A DNA stretch of 64,000 nucleotides. It comes from an uncultured Bacteroidales bacterium (GTDB lineage: Bacteria; Bacteroidota; Bacteroidia; Bacteroidales; JAGOPY01). The DNA lies in contig CAWBCI010000020.1 of the NCBI GenBank assembly GCA_963787195.1, forward strand, positions 60,237 to 124,236, read 5' to 3'. Positions 29,593 to 39,294 of this stretch are shown piece after piece. Numbering within the stretch: position 1 is the first letter of the stretch; every line of letters begins with the position of its first letter. The notes below the pieces were generated by a model. The model worked only from the letters and a program-made list of their open reading frames with translations, was not told the DNA's origin and did not search any database. The position numbers and the translations under genes are program-made.

Positions 29593-29719
29593 AATGGTTA
29601 ATGGTATAATGGTTAGTGGTTAATCATCATTAGTTAGAGGTTATTGGAGGAAGGAAATGTAATAATACTGCTGACCGCTGACTGCTGACCGCTGACGTTG
29701 ACCGCGATTGCTGACTGCT
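29593..29719. repeat. two heptanucleotide tandem arrays (AATGGTT-type at 29593-29648; CTGACCG-type at 29668-29719)
   Basis: Read directly: aatggtt aatggta taatggt tagtggt ... and ctgaccg ctgactg ctgaccg ctgacgt tgaccgc. Confidence 0.8.
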
Positions 29720-29723
29720 ATAT

Positions 29724-30065
29724 TTAGAAAATTCCCTTTTCAAAAGCAGCTATCAGATCACCCGATATACTCAGACCAGAGGCATGGGGCGGCAGATTTC
29801 CCCTCTCAAACCAGCCTGCTTCTTTAATTTCCTTTTCATCAATGATTATTTGCCGGGTATCGTCGGCTTCAGCTGTAAAACCCAGCATGAGTGAGGCGGA
29901 GAAGGGCCAGGGCTGGCTTTTATAATATTTCAGATTCTTAATTTCCAGTCCTACTTCTTCTTTAACTTCTCTTATGACTGTCTCTTCGATTGATTCTCCG
30001 ACATCGACATAACCGGCAATGAGTGCATAAAAATCACCTTTATAGTTGTTGCCTTTGGCCAGCAA
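29724..30065 (-). CDS. nudC: Nudix hydrolase part of a disrupted NADH pyrophosphatase gene
   Basis: Nudix box GYVDVGESIEETVIREVKEEVGL. It is separated from the zinc-ribbon part by two frame changes. Confidence 0.75.
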   Translation of the reverse strand: MLAKGNNYKGDFYALIAGYVDVGESIEETVIREVKEEVGLEIKNLKYYKSQPWPFSASLMLGFTAEADDTRQIIIDEKEIKEAGWFERGNLPPHASGLSISGDLIAAFEKGIF

Positions 30066-30112
30066 TATTTTATTGTTGCATGGTGATGGCTACAATGACG
30101 GCGGGTAATATT

Positions 30113-30550
30113 TTAGGAAAGATGACCAAGCTTGCATTCCGGACAAACAATTGCTCTCTCATCCTTTTTCAATTCTGTTTTGGAACCGCATCTTCCGCAA
30201 TATCTGTTATTATTGTACCAGGTCATTAATTGATAACCTACAGAGCCGATCCATGCAAACTCTATGTTTTTCAGGTTTCTTAACATGAAAATATCATGGA
30301 ATTCAAATGAACCAGGATTTACCTGAGATTCAAATACTCCAAAACAATGATAGGAATTGATTGAAAACAAATAAAGCGGCGATTCTATGCTTTCATTGAA
30401 ATCCCTTTTTCTCGGAATTTCAAAATCATCTCCGGATTTCTTTAATAAGACCTGATTGTCCCTGTAACACAATAAAAAATCATCATCAGCTATTTCCTGA
30501 TCATGAATATATTTGTTATCGAAAATGCCCGGGCTTATTTCATTTAACAT
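30113..30550 (-). CDS. nudC: N-terminal domain + zinc ribbon part of the disrupted NADH pyrophosphatase gene
   Basis: CGRCGSKTELKKDERAIVCPECK zinc ribbon. The linking segment IFPKILPAVIVAIT is readable only in a third frame between 30065 and 30127. Confidence 0.75.
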   Translation of the reverse strand: MLNEISPGIFDNKYIHDQEIADDDFLLCYRDNQVLLKKSGDDFEIPRKRDFNESIESPLYLFSINSYHCFGVFESQVNPGSFEFHDIFMLRNLKNIEFAWIGSVGYQLMTWYNNNRYCGRCGSKTELKKDERAIVCPECKLGHLS

Positions 30551-31032
30551 GGATTTTATTTTTAAAATTTCTTAAGTAAAGGATGTTGAACAGGGTATTT
30601 TCTTATTTCATACTGCATCTGAGAGTGAAGGGCAATTTAATTTCAATGAAATGCGGCACAAAAATATTAAGAAGATAAATAACAAGCAATTATCTGTATA
30701 GCAATATTTTTTCATTCCTGAATTCTATATTCCTTTTTTAAGATGATTAAGGAGGCATTTGACAGGTCAAATTGTTGATTATCAATAGCTGTCGATGGGG
30801 TATTGGCGATTGTTGATTTTCGGAGTGATTGGAAATTTGGACATCTAAAATGAACTAGAACCTATGATATCCTGGCTTTTAGTGATTAAATTCCACTTTT
30901 GCCGGTATTGATATGATTCTCAGTTGGGGCGCATTATAATTTAAAATTAAAACCCGGCTATTCACATTTTATACAAGTTTTCCTCTTTGATTTGAGGCCA
31001 AAAATTTTCTATATGGTACGGTTGTATCGAAT

Positions 31033-31403
31033 CTATTTTCTTTCAAATGTAGTCATAGATGGATTTTCAGGTATACTTGGGAATAAATCCCAGATAGTTA
31101 ATTCGTCATTTTTTTTATTCAAAATTATTCTATGATTACTCATACCTGCATCATTTGAAAGATAAAGTAGTTCTTTTGATTTATTGAGATTGTAATTTAA
31201 AGTATCAGTCGTTTGATTGGGTTTTGTAAGAAAAACACTTGAATTGTCATTAAACGTTATTTGAGTTTTTTATGTGCTGCTTGTCTTTTCTATCCAATTT
31301 CCTTCAATATCGCTATTGCCTGGAAATATCTCTTTTTTACATGATACAATGACAAGTAATCCTGTCAAAATAAAAAGAATAATTAATCTTTTATTTTTTT
31401 CAT
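31033..31403 (-). pseudogene. degenerate small lipoprotein gene
   Basis: My own translation of the minus strand gives MKK..LIILFILTGLLVIVSCKKE.. (lipobox). This needs a frame change in an A-run and contains an in-frame TAA. It is absent from the ORF track. Confidence 0.3.
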
Positions 31404-31612
31404 ATCTGTTTTTTTTAATGTGGTATAAGGTATTGCGGCTGTGTTGCATACCGCTTTTTTTACCTTTATGTTTGTTAGATTACACACGACTTAAATTTAC
31501 AATTATTTATCTTAAAAATACTATGTGCTGCATGCAGAATGAGCCGTTATTGTATGCTGGCATTCTCCGTTAATATAATCTTAAAATGCTATTATCATGA
31601 AAACATAAGCTT

Positions 31613-32827
31613 TCATTTTTCAAAGATTAACCATTGATTAACCTGTCTGTCAAAGTCCTTTTCCGGCTCATTGGCCCACATGTATTTAACGTCGTAGTAA
31701 ATTGAGTACGTTCTTTTATTGTTACAGTATATTCTTTCTCCGATTTTAGTAGTTTTATATTTTTTCCCGGTGAAAACGAGCATCCTGAGCTTCATCCTTC
31801 TGATGTATTCATTGGCAAATTTATCATCAATAAAACCAGGGATTCCTATTACATTTTCAACACTTGTTGTCGGATTAATGTAAACCATTCCATTATATAG
31901 CTCCTGATAAGACAAAATTCCTTTTTCGACCGGCCAAACATCAAAAGTGTCTTTCCCAAAAGGACTATTAATAAAATCAAATCCGATTTTGGGATAATTA
32001 CAATATTTAAAAGCTGCTTCCCATTTTCCATCAACAAGCGGTAGGAAATTAATTGTATAAGGATTAACAATAATGTAACATACTTTTCCTGGCAGTTCTT
32101 TGTTTATTAGAGCGCCAAAGGATTTTTCGTAGGTGATATTTTCTTTTGATGTCCATTTTTTAAGGCTATGAGGATAATTCATGATAAGGAATGCTTTATT
32201 TCTGGCAAGGTTCTGTCGTGAATTAAAGTTCTCTATAAAATTATCAGCCATAAACCTATCATATTTCTTTTCGACTTCTTCCGTTTTTACACGACAGGTA
32301 GTTGTATCCCTAATTTCATTCCAGTTAAACGGGGGTGAAAGCATTTCAATGTGCAATGAATAATCAGGATGGGTTTTATTGAATTGATAGATTGTTTTCC
32401 ATAGATAGAATAAATTATACTTTTCCCAAAACGCCTGGTAAGAAATATCTCTGTAAATTCCGATTAACTGTTTTTCGAGTTCCTTATTGTCAAGATTGTA
32501 ATTTTGGAGTACTTTGTTTAAGGTGTCGTTAAAGTTTGATGAACCTGCTTCTGTATAAATCACGCTAACCTTTTTATAAAACTCCGGATTATTCAGCAGG
32601 TCCTTAATGAAATAATATTGTGTGATATCTCTATGATCTCTTTCCCCAAATACTATGATATCGTATGATTCATATTTATTTAGCAAATACTTGGCCGGTG
32701 ATTGATCTTGTTCTTTAATAAATCCGATATAGGATTCAATTTCAGGCTGAAATCCTGTAATATTCTCCTGTCCTGAAATATATTGTATTGAAAACAACAG
32801 GATTAAAAAGATTGCAGTTCCTTTCAT
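31613..32827 (-). CDS. secreted hypothetical protein in an AT-rich island (weak resemblance to the ChaN/Tiki/erythromycin-esterase superfamily)
   Basis: 404 aa with a signal peptide. DIIVFGERDHRD is the only suggestive motif. Confidence 0.5.
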   Translation of the reverse strand: MKGTAIFLILLFSIQYISGQENITGFQPEIESYIGFIKEQDQSPAKYLLNKYESYDIIVFGERDHRDITQYYFIKDLLNNPEFYKKVSVIYTEAGSSNFNDTLNKVLQNYNLDNKELEKQLIGIYRDISYQAFWEKYNLFYLWKTIYQFNKTHPDYSLHIEMLSPPFNWNEIRDTTTCRVKTEEVEKKYDRFMADNFIENFNSRQNLARNKAFLIMNYPHSLKKWTSKENITYEKSFGALINKELPGKVCYIIVNPYTINFLPLVDGKWEAAFKYCNYPKIGFDFINSPFGKDTFDVWPVEKGILSYQELYNGMVYINPTTSVENVIGIPGFIDDKFANEYIRRMKLRMLVFTGKKYKTTKIGERIYCNNKRTYSIYYDVKYMWANEPEKDFDRQVNQWLIFEK

Positions 32828-33178
32828 AAGTTATATTATTTGTTGATTTTTTGGGCTAAAGTGACCTTTAAATTTTGATATGGTAGATTTAATCAAATCT
32901 GACTATTTTAACTGGCATTAAATTTAGAAGGCTTTTCTTATATATCCAAATTATGCGGCGGGCTATTTATGTTTTTTATTTTATTATTTGTTGGATGGAA
33001 GGAGAAGATTTCAGCCCCCCTCCCAACCTCCCCCCAAATCGGGGGCTACTCTTTATACACATTTTTTGTCAGGTAAAAATCTTCATTTATCAAATTGAAT
33101 TTATCCAGTCCCCATTTAAAAAAGATTGGGTCGGGGAAGGGCATGTATCTGAATTCATTTCTTATATGCATGTGTCTA

Positions 33179-33325
33179 CCAGATCCCTCCTGCGTCGGGA
33201 TGACGGTCATTTGAAGGAGTTAAGAAAAAGCGGCGCGGCACGCCTTTGAAAATCATTATGGTGTGCCGCGCCGCTTTTTCTAAATCAGCCCAGAGATCGT
33301 CATCCCGGCGCAGGCCGGGATCTGG
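33179..33325. repeat. ~147 bp composite palindromic element: outer REP-type inverted repeats around an 18-bp-stem GC-rich hairpin
   Basis: Outer arms 33179-33208 (CCAGATCCCTCCTGCGTCGGGATGACGGTC) and 33295-33325 (GATCGTCATCCCGGCGCAGGCCGGGATCTGG). Inner arms GAAAAAGCGGCGCGGCAC at 33224-33241 and GTGCCGCGCCGCTTTTTC at 33263-33280. Confidence 0.75.
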
Positions 33326-33671
33326 TAGCGGATTGCAGATGGCAACTTCGAAGTTTAAAATCCAAGATGCAAATTCAATGAGACTGCGTCAACCCCTATA
33401 AAACTGGACTAATTTCATGCAAGTTAATAATTGATTGATTTGAAGCCATAATCATTTGATTGCAGTTCATCCGTCCTGTAAAGGACGGCTGAAATTAGCC
33501 CCGGTTTTCAAACCGGGGAATGGAGGAAATCGGCACAAAACCGGGTTCAAAGTGCAAAATGCAAAGTGAAGAGTTTAAGTTGGACAGTTATAAAGTTATA
33601 TCAACGCCTATATTACAACTGCAAAAATGGACGGAGGCTGTACAAAACGTCTCAAAACACGAATGTGTAGT

Positions 33672-33689
33672 GACAGGTCGCGACCTGTC
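33672..33689 (-). terminator. possible terminator hairpin after the rubrerythrin-like gene (perfect 18-bp palindrome GACAGGTCGCGACCTGTC)
   Basis: Lies ~25 nt downstream of the stop at 33714. The T-tract on the minus strand is weak. Confidence 0.3.
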
Positions 33690-33713
33690 CATACAGGTAT
33701 TGTATAACCAGCA

Positions 33714-34172
33714 TCAATTATCCTTCAGCACCACCTCATCATATTCGAGTTCGAAACGCAGTTTGTGCTTCGACTCTTCCTGGGCGAGGCTTTCGAAGAG
33801 AGAGCGGAGTAGCTGGTCGCTGACCCTGGCTGCAAGGTCGGAATAGAGCCTGAAAGCGGCCTTTTCCTTCTTCATTGCCACGATGAGCGCTTCCTGATAG
33901 CTCATGCCGGCATGGGGCTCAACGTCGACCAGATAATCGCTGACCTTTATATCCTGTACTTGTTTGGGAGTGAACTGGAACTGCCCACTGCTCTTGATAT
34001 TTTCCAGACGTCTTTTATGGCCGCGTTCCTCGCCTGCAAACTGCAGAAAAACATTCTTCATTTCCGGGTTACGGGCGGTTTCTGAAAGACCTGTATACAA
34101 ATCTACGCTTTCCTGCTCGCGACCAATGGCGAATTCTAATATGTGGTCGGATGAATTAAATTCCTGTAACAT
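33714..34172 (-). CDS. rubrerythrin/ferritin-like diiron protein (no rubredoxin domain)
   Basis: 152 aa with E..E..H-type pairs: AIGREQESVDLY, FAGEERGHKRRL, and C-terminal LAQEESKHKLRF. Confidence 0.8.
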   Translation of the reverse strand: MLQEFNSSDHILEFAIGREQESVDLYTGLSETARNPEMKNVFLQFAGEERGHKRRLENIKSSGQFQFTPKQVQDIKVSDYLVDVEPHAGMSYQEALIVAMKKEKAAFRLYSDLAARVSDQLLRSLFESLAQEESKHKLRFELEYDEVVLKDN

Positions 34173-34194
34173 GGTATTATGGTTTTTCAGTTAT

Positions 34195-35973
34195 TTATTT
34201 AGAACTAAGCATGGCATCGATTCCTTTGGCGGCCCTGTGGCCGTCGGCTATGGCACTGATGGCATCGGCGGTCCGGTTCACCGAATCACCCCCTGCATAC
34301 AACTTTTTAATGGAAGTTTGCTGGTGTTCATCCGTAACAATATGTCCGTGCTCTATCTTCAGCTTTTCCAGCCATTCGCTGCCCAGGAAATCAAAATATC
34401 CTTCCTGGCCTATGGCGCCTATAACGGTGCTTATCTTTAGTGTGGTCTCGCTGCCTTCTATCGGCACCGGCCGGGGACGGCGTCCCTTGGGGTCGTCAAC
34501 CATTTCAGCTTTCAGGTAAACGATTTCTTTAACGTGACCCTGCTCATCTTTTATAATATGGACCGGAATTGCTTGGGGCTCTATATGGATGCCTTCCTGT
34601 TCGCAGCCTTCGATTTCTTCCGGGTCGGAAGGCATGTCTTCAATACGCCTGCGGTACAGGACCTTAACTTCTGATCCCAGACGGCGGCTGACACGCGCAG
34701 CATCCATAGCCACATTACCTCCTCCGATCACCACGACATGCGGTCCCAGTTCTGGCTTTTTTCCTTCATTCACATCCCGCAGGAAGTCGATGGCTTGCAT
34801 GGAACCTATTGCTTCTTCGCCTTCTATGGCGATGAGGTAAGGTTTTTCGAAACCTATGCCCATGAAGATGGCATCGTAGGCTGCATAGAGTTCATCAAAT
34901 TTTACTTCCCGGCCTATCATGGTATTAAAATTGAACTGTACACCCATTTCCTCCAGCAAACCAATCTCTTTTTCAAGGATATCCATCGGCAGGCGGTACT
35001 TTGGAATACCATACATGGTAGCTCCACCCGGATGTTCTTTAGCTTCAAAAATAGTAATCCGGTAACCAAGAGTGCGCAGATAATAAGCAGCGCTGATGCC
35101 GGAAGGGCCTGCGCCTATGATGGCTATGTGCTTCTTAGCCTCCGGAAGTGAATCCAGGCCTAATATGCGCTTGTAATCTTCGAAAGGCACATTGTCGGCA
35201 ATGTAGCGCTTCAGCCAGCGTATTGCCAGCGGATCGCCCTTTACACCCACCGAACAGACTTCCTCGCAACGATGGGTACATACCCTACCACAGATTTCCG
35301 GAAGAGGGTTGGTGTCGTAAAGTAATTTCAGCCCTAAATCCAGATCACCCACGCGAACGGCATTAATATAACCCGGTATGTCCATATGGGCAGGGCAGGA
35401 GGCCACACAGATCCCACAGGATACGCAACGGTCGGCTTCCTTCTCGGCCTGCTCTTTGGAATAACCCTTGACGATCTCAATGAAATTGGTGACACGTTCA
35501 CCGGGTTCTATCTCCTCCATGTTGACCCGCTCGGGGTTGTAAAGCGAATAGCCAGGATTTGTCCAGCCTTTTTCACTGTTGTCCCAGGGCTTTTTGTCAA
35601 CCCCGGGGATATAGCGGAATTCATCCGGATTATCGGCAATCCAGGTATATTCGTTCGACATAGTAAGTGAACCCGTGGTGCATACATCCACGCAAAGAGC
35701 GCACCAGCAGCAACGTCCGTAGTCGACCATGGGCCTCAGGCCGCTGTCGCCTTTTTTGGTTTCTATTCCTTCAACCGGGACCAGGTCTATGGCCTGGTTT
35801 TCGCAGACAGCCTCACAACTTCCGCAGCCTATACAGGCCTGCACATCATTCTTATGGAAACCCCGGTAGCGGTCGGCACCCGGCCGTTCTGTGAAAGGAT
35901 CCCGCACCGTCACCGGCGAGCGGACTATATTGCTCCAGGCACTGAAGGGACCTATGATATCTTTGATCTTCAT
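34195..35973 (-). CDS. fusion protein: NuoI/MbxN-like 2x[4Fe-4S] subunit + GltD/NfnB/SudA-like NAD(P)H-dependent FAD oxidoreductase
   Basis: N-terminus PVTVRDPF..RYRGFH, CIGCGSCEAVC and CCWCALCVDVC. This is followed by CVSCGICVASCP, ICGRVCTHRCEEVC, IAIIGAGPSGISAA and VVVIGGGNVAMDAAR. Single uninterrupted 592 aa frame. Confidence 0.85.
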   Translation of the reverse strand: MKIKDIIGPFSAWSNIVRSPVTVRDPFTERPGADRYRGFHKNDVQACIGCGSCEAVCENQAIDLVPVEGIETKKGDSGLRPMVDYGRCCWCALCVDVCTTGSLTMSNEYTWIADNPDEFRYIPGVDKKPWDNSEKGWTNPGYSLYNPERVNMEEIEPGERVTNFIEIVKGYSKEQAEKEADRCVSCGICVASCPAHMDIPGYINAVRVGDLDLGLKLLYDTNPLPEICGRVCTHRCEEVCSVGVKGDPLAIRWLKRYIADNVPFEDYKRILGLDSLPEAKKHIAIIGAGPSGISAAYYLRTLGYRITIFEAKEHPGGATMYGIPKYRLPMDILEKEIGLLEEMGVQFNFNTMIGREVKFDELYAAYDAIFMGIGFEKPYLIAIEGEEAIGSMQAIDFLRDVNEGKKPELGPHVVVIGGGNVAMDAARVSRRLGSEVKVLYRRRIEDMPSDPEEIEGCEQEGIHIEPQAIPVHIIKDEQGHVKEIVYLKAEMVDDPKGRRPRPVPIEGSETTLKISTVIGAIGQEGYFDFLGSEWLEKLKIEHGHIVTDEHQQTSIKKLYAGGDSVNRTADAISAIADGHRAAKGIDAMLSSK

Positions 35974-35990
35974 TTTTATTGACTTGATGA

Positions 35991-37190
35991 TTATCGTTCT
36001 ATTTCAGGCGGACAGGTGGCCAGGGAAACCATAATGGCGCTGACGTCTGAAATATTGGCGTTTACCAGTAATTTTTCCAATAATGCAATAGCATGGGTAT
36101 AGCTTGGTCCTCGCAGGTTGATACGGCGGGGATATTCGCTACCGTCACTCACGGCAAAGAAACCATACTCACCGCGGGATGATTCGCTGCGGACATAGGT
36201 CTGCCCGGTAGGGATACTCCAGTGCAGCGCATTGGGGATCTTCCCTAATATTTCGCCATCCTTCGGCATTTTGTCCAGGATCTGTCTTATCAATTCCACT
36301 GTATATTTTAGGTCCATGTAACGCACCCAGGTGCGGCTGAAAATGTCGCTGGCGGCATCTTTATCCACATATGGTTCAAAGTCGAGTCGGTCATAAACAA
36401 GGTAAGGATTGTCCTTGCGTACATCGCGCCTGTAACCTGCTGCACGTGCATTTGGACCTACTATCCCGAATTTATCCACCCACTTCGGATCAAGGTATCC
36501 GGTGCCTATAGCACGTTTCTTGAAAACAGCGTTGTCGATCACCAGTCTTTTAAAGCGGACCAGGAAATCGTCTATAGCGTCCAGGTTGCTGATGAGGCGC
36601 TCTTTGAAGCCTTCCGGCATTTTGCCCCTCACCCCGCCAGGGATGATATACATATGATAGATGCGGGCGCCTGTAATTTCCTCGAAGCGGTCCAGGATGA
36701 GGTCGCGCAGGTAGACGCCCCATTGCACGCCAAGTCCGAGGCCCATAGTGCCCCCGTGAGCGGGCAGCAGGCGGAGCAGGTTAGCCATCCTGGCCATCTC
36801 CAGTATGAGGGTACGCATCCACTGGGCATATTCCGGAACCTCAATTCCTGAAAGCTCTTCCATGGCGGCGGCCAGATTGTATTCGTTGCTGTCGGGTTCT
36901 GGTACGCACATACGGACAACTGTCGGGAAGCACTGCATCCAGGTGCGGCGCTCGAAGATCTTCTCAAAACCGCGGTGCAGGTAGCCTACGTGGGTTTTGG
37001 ATTCCACCACTTCATCCCCGCAGACGGTCAGCTCTAGCGACATATTCCCGGTGACACCGGGATGGTTAGGGCCATGCCACAGCTTGATGTATTTGCCCGA
37101 ACTCAGGTCTATCTGCAGTTTACCGTCTTCTCCGGGCTGTGGATATACGCTCCGGTCGGGCTGTATCAGTATTTTGGTGTTATTACTCAT
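35991..37190 (-). CDS. NuoD / group-4 [NiFe]-hydrogenase large-subunit homologue lacking NiFe ligands (MbxL/Ehr-like)
   Basis: 399 aa with GYLHRGFEK. The N-terminal motif reads RMCVPEPD (CxxE instead of CxxC) and the C-terminal motif reads ATCPPEIER (CxxE instead of CxxC). Confidence 0.85.
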   Translation of the reverse strand: MSNNTKILIQPDRSVYPQPGEDGKLQIDLSSGKYIKLWHGPNHPGVTGNMSLELTVCGDEVVESKTHVGYLHRGFEKIFERRTWMQCFPTVVRMCVPEPDSNEYNLAAAMEELSGIEVPEYAQWMRTLILEMARMANLLRLLPAHGGTMGLGLGVQWGVYLRDLILDRFEEITGARIYHMYIIPGGVRGKMPEGFKERLISNLDAIDDFLVRFKRLVIDNAVFKKRAIGTGYLDPKWVDKFGIVGPNARAAGYRRDVRKDNPYLVYDRLDFEPYVDKDAASDIFSRTWVRYMDLKYTVELIRQILDKMPKDGEILGKIPNALHWSIPTGQTYVRSESSRGEYGFFAVSDGSEYPRRINLRGPSYTHAIALLEKLLVNANISDVSAIMVSLATCPPEIER

Positions 37191-37710
37191 TCGGATACAA
37201 TTTTTCTTTCATATAAGTCGCGGGATCATGGCTCTGACGGCCGGGTCTCGGAAAATAAGTTTCCTGACTGTATTTCAGCGTATCGAATTCTCGCCGCATG
37301 GGCGGTACATTATCCCAGCCCTCCAGGAGGAAGCTTTCGTCCACGCGAGGGCTCCCCGGGAAATCGATCCCGTACATTTCTTTCAGTTCACGCTGATATG
37401 TCCATGCCTGTTCCCAAAGGTGATGGGCCGAATGCATGACGGCTTCTTCCCGGTCGATATTAGTGCAAATGGAAATATCGGCGTGAAGTTTATGATTATG
37501 AATGATATAATTTAGTTCGAAGACTCCTTTTTCTATCCAGTCGGCAACGGTGATCATCACCAGATGTGAAAAGCCTTCCGCATCACGCAGATAGGTGACC
37601 GCAGGTATAGCCTGGTCTTTCCCGACTGTCACAAAGTACAGGTCTTCACGCTGCTTTTTAACAGTCGTAACTTTAAACATGCCCTGCAGACGTTCTATTA
37701 TCTTTTCCAT
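37183..37710 (-). CDS. NuoC (30 kDa)-like subunit (MbxK-like)
   Basis: 175 aa. Position and size fit between the NuoB-like and NuoD-like genes, and the stop overlaps the next start. Confidence 0.75.
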   Translation of the reverse strand: MEKIIERLQGMFKVTTVKKQREDLYFVTVGKDQAIPAVTYLRDAEGFSHLVMITVADWIEKGVFELNYIIHNHKLHADISICTNIDREEAVMHSAHHLWEQAWTYQRELKEMYGIDFPGSPRVDESFLLEGWDNVPPMRREFDTLKYSQETYFPRPGRQSHDPATYMKEKLYPNE

Positions 37711-37716
37711 AGTCGC

Positions 37717-38379
37717 TTACCAGTTATAATCGGGCATGTTCCAGTCCCGAATGATCTTCTTCTGATTTTCCTTGTAAAAGTCAAAGTTCTCGGCATAGCG
37801 GTTGGCCCCTTCGGCCTTGCCTGCTTTAATCCTTTTCTTCAGTGCCTCAAATCCGGCCAGTATGGCTTCCGGGCGGGGCATACAACCGGCCACATAAACA
37901 TCCACCGGCATATATTTATCCAGGCGGTTGATGGTGTTATAGCTGTCGAAATACATCCCGCCGTTTATAGTGCAGCTTCCTAAAGCCATCACGAATTTGG
38001 GGTTTTGCATTTGCTCGTAGCTGCGGATAGCCCTCTTGAGTGTTTTCACACTCAGGTAGCCCGAGATGATCATCAGGTTGGCCTGACGGGGAGTGGGACG
38101 CATCTGCACCCCGAAGCGGTAGGCGTCGAAGCGGGGAGTGAGCAGGGGATAGAGTTCTATGCTCCCGCAACCTGTCCCGAAACCCAGCACCCAAATGCTT
38201 TCGGCCCGGGCCCAGTTGAAGAAACTCTCGAATATTTTGGAACGCTTCGGCTCATGAATTTTCGGCCTGGCATCGCAGAAGTAATCCTGGATGGGGTCCA
38301 CCGTGATGTCCTCACCATTGGGGCCGATAACCGTACGTTTTTCTAAATCCGGATCTTTAAATGTTTTATTGCTTTCCAT
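37717..38379 (-). CDS. NuoB (PSST)-like Fe-S subunit (MbxJ-like) with only three conserved cluster cysteines
   Basis: FGTGCGSIEL (canonical CC or CxxC reduced to one Cys), LGSCTINGGMY, AGCMPRPEAIL, RPTPRQANLMIISG. Confidence 0.85.
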   Translation of the reverse strand: MESNKTFKDPDLEKRTVIGPNGEDITVDPIQDYFCDARPKIHEPKRSKIFESFFNWARAESIWVLGFGTGCGSIELYPLLTPRFDAYRFGVQMRPTPRQANLMIISGYLSVKTLKRAIRSYEQMQNPKFVMALGSCTINGGMYFDSYNTINRLDKYMPVDVYVAGCMPRPEAILAGFEALKKRIKAGKAEGANRYAENFDFYKENQKKIIRDWNMPDYNW

Positions 38380-38388
38380 CTTTATAAT

Positions 38389-39294
38389 TTATAAGATGAT
38401 TATTCCGATGATGCTGAGTGCCAGCGGCAGTTTCAGGAACCAGGGTATGCTCTGGTCGATGCGGAAACGAGGGAAAACCAGTCCCACGAACACCGGCCAG
38501 AAGAAGATTAAGAAGGCTTTTATGAATAGTACTATCCAGTTGGTGGCCCCCCCGAAGAAGAGGTTGACCATGAGGATGGATTCACTTACATAAAGTATGG
38601 CCCTGTTAGTCTGTAAAAGTCCCAGGTAAGTTCCGTGGTATTCGGTGGGAGGCCCTATTGGGATCTCCTGCGGGGCCTGTACCACGTTAAAAGGGGCTGC
38701 CCCCATCATACCCAGGAAAGCCAGCATGGCCGCTATCCCGGCAAAGGGATTGGTCATGATGTTCCAGTGCATGATCCCGCCCTGTTGTCCGGCAACAATG
38801 TCTGTCAAAGAAAATGAATGATGCTGAACGGCAATGGCAATAACTGCCAGGGTAAAGGGAACCTCTACAGTGGTAAACTGAGACAGACCGCGGCTGATGC
38901 CGATGAAAGAGTAGGGGTGTCCGCCTTCGCTGGCGCCCAGGGCCATTCCCAGCATTCCGAAGAACATGAAGTACATGATCAGGATCACATCCCCTGAAAA
39001 GGAGTAATTGCTCCAGTAATAGCTCCCGTAGATCAGCGGCATGAACATGAAGATGCCGACCCCGCCTGCGACACGGAAAACCGGGCCCAGGTAGAACATC
39101 ACCCCATGGGTGATCTGGCTGCGCATGGAGTAATTCTTGATCAGGTCTATATATGGCTGATAAATGGGCATGCCGATACGTTTGCCTATGCGCGCCGTGA
39201 TGCGGCGGATCAGCCCGTACTGCAGCAGGCCGTAATTCAGCACTATGAATAGTCCCAGGAGGGAGAACAACAGTTTTATCCAATCGATACTCAT
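38389..39294 (-). CDS. NuoH/ND1-like membrane subunit (MbxM/HycD-like)
   Basis: 301 aa, ~8 TM. PFNVVQAPQEIPIGPPTEYHG corresponds to the PFD..E.E...G..TEY loop. Confidence 0.8.
   Translation of the reverse strand: MSIDWIKLLFSLLGLFIVLNYGLLQYGLIRRITARIGKRIGMPIYQPYIDLIKNYSMRSQITHGVMFYLGPVFRVAGGVGIFMFMPLIYGSYYWSNYSFSGDVILIMYFMFFGMLGMALGASEGGHPYSFIGISRGLSQFTTVEVPFTLAVIAIAVQHHSFSLTDIVAGQQGGIMHWNIMTNPFAGIAAMLAFLGMMGAAPFNVVQAPQEIPIGPPTEYHGTYLGLLQTNRAILYVSESILMVNLFFGGATNWIVLFIKAFLIFFWPVFVGLVFPRFRIDQSIPWFLKLPLALSIIGIIIL

Noticed and set aside
32953-33846. ORFs 32953..33249 and 33520..33846 as genes
   Set aside because: Their sequence is made of dispersed repeat motifs (poly-C/proline-like tract, REP arms, CAAAGTG heptamers, small hairpins). 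They lie across the palindromic element and antisense to the rubrerythrin-like gene.
35991-37190. Calling the large subunit a [NiFe] hydrogenase (Mbh/Ech/Hyf type)
   Set aside because: Both NiFe-binding CxxC motifs are reduced to CxxE (CVPE, CPPE), and no hyp maturation genes are in the window.
38687-39283. 198 aa and other long alternative-frame ORFs inside the Nuo/Mrp genes (e.g. 38687..39283, 36629..36967, 43526..44062, 37062..37439, 34211..34519)
   Set aside because: They lie fully within better-supported genes with clear family motifs. Their Arg/Pro/Gly-rich translations are typical shadow ORFs of GC-richer coding DNA.
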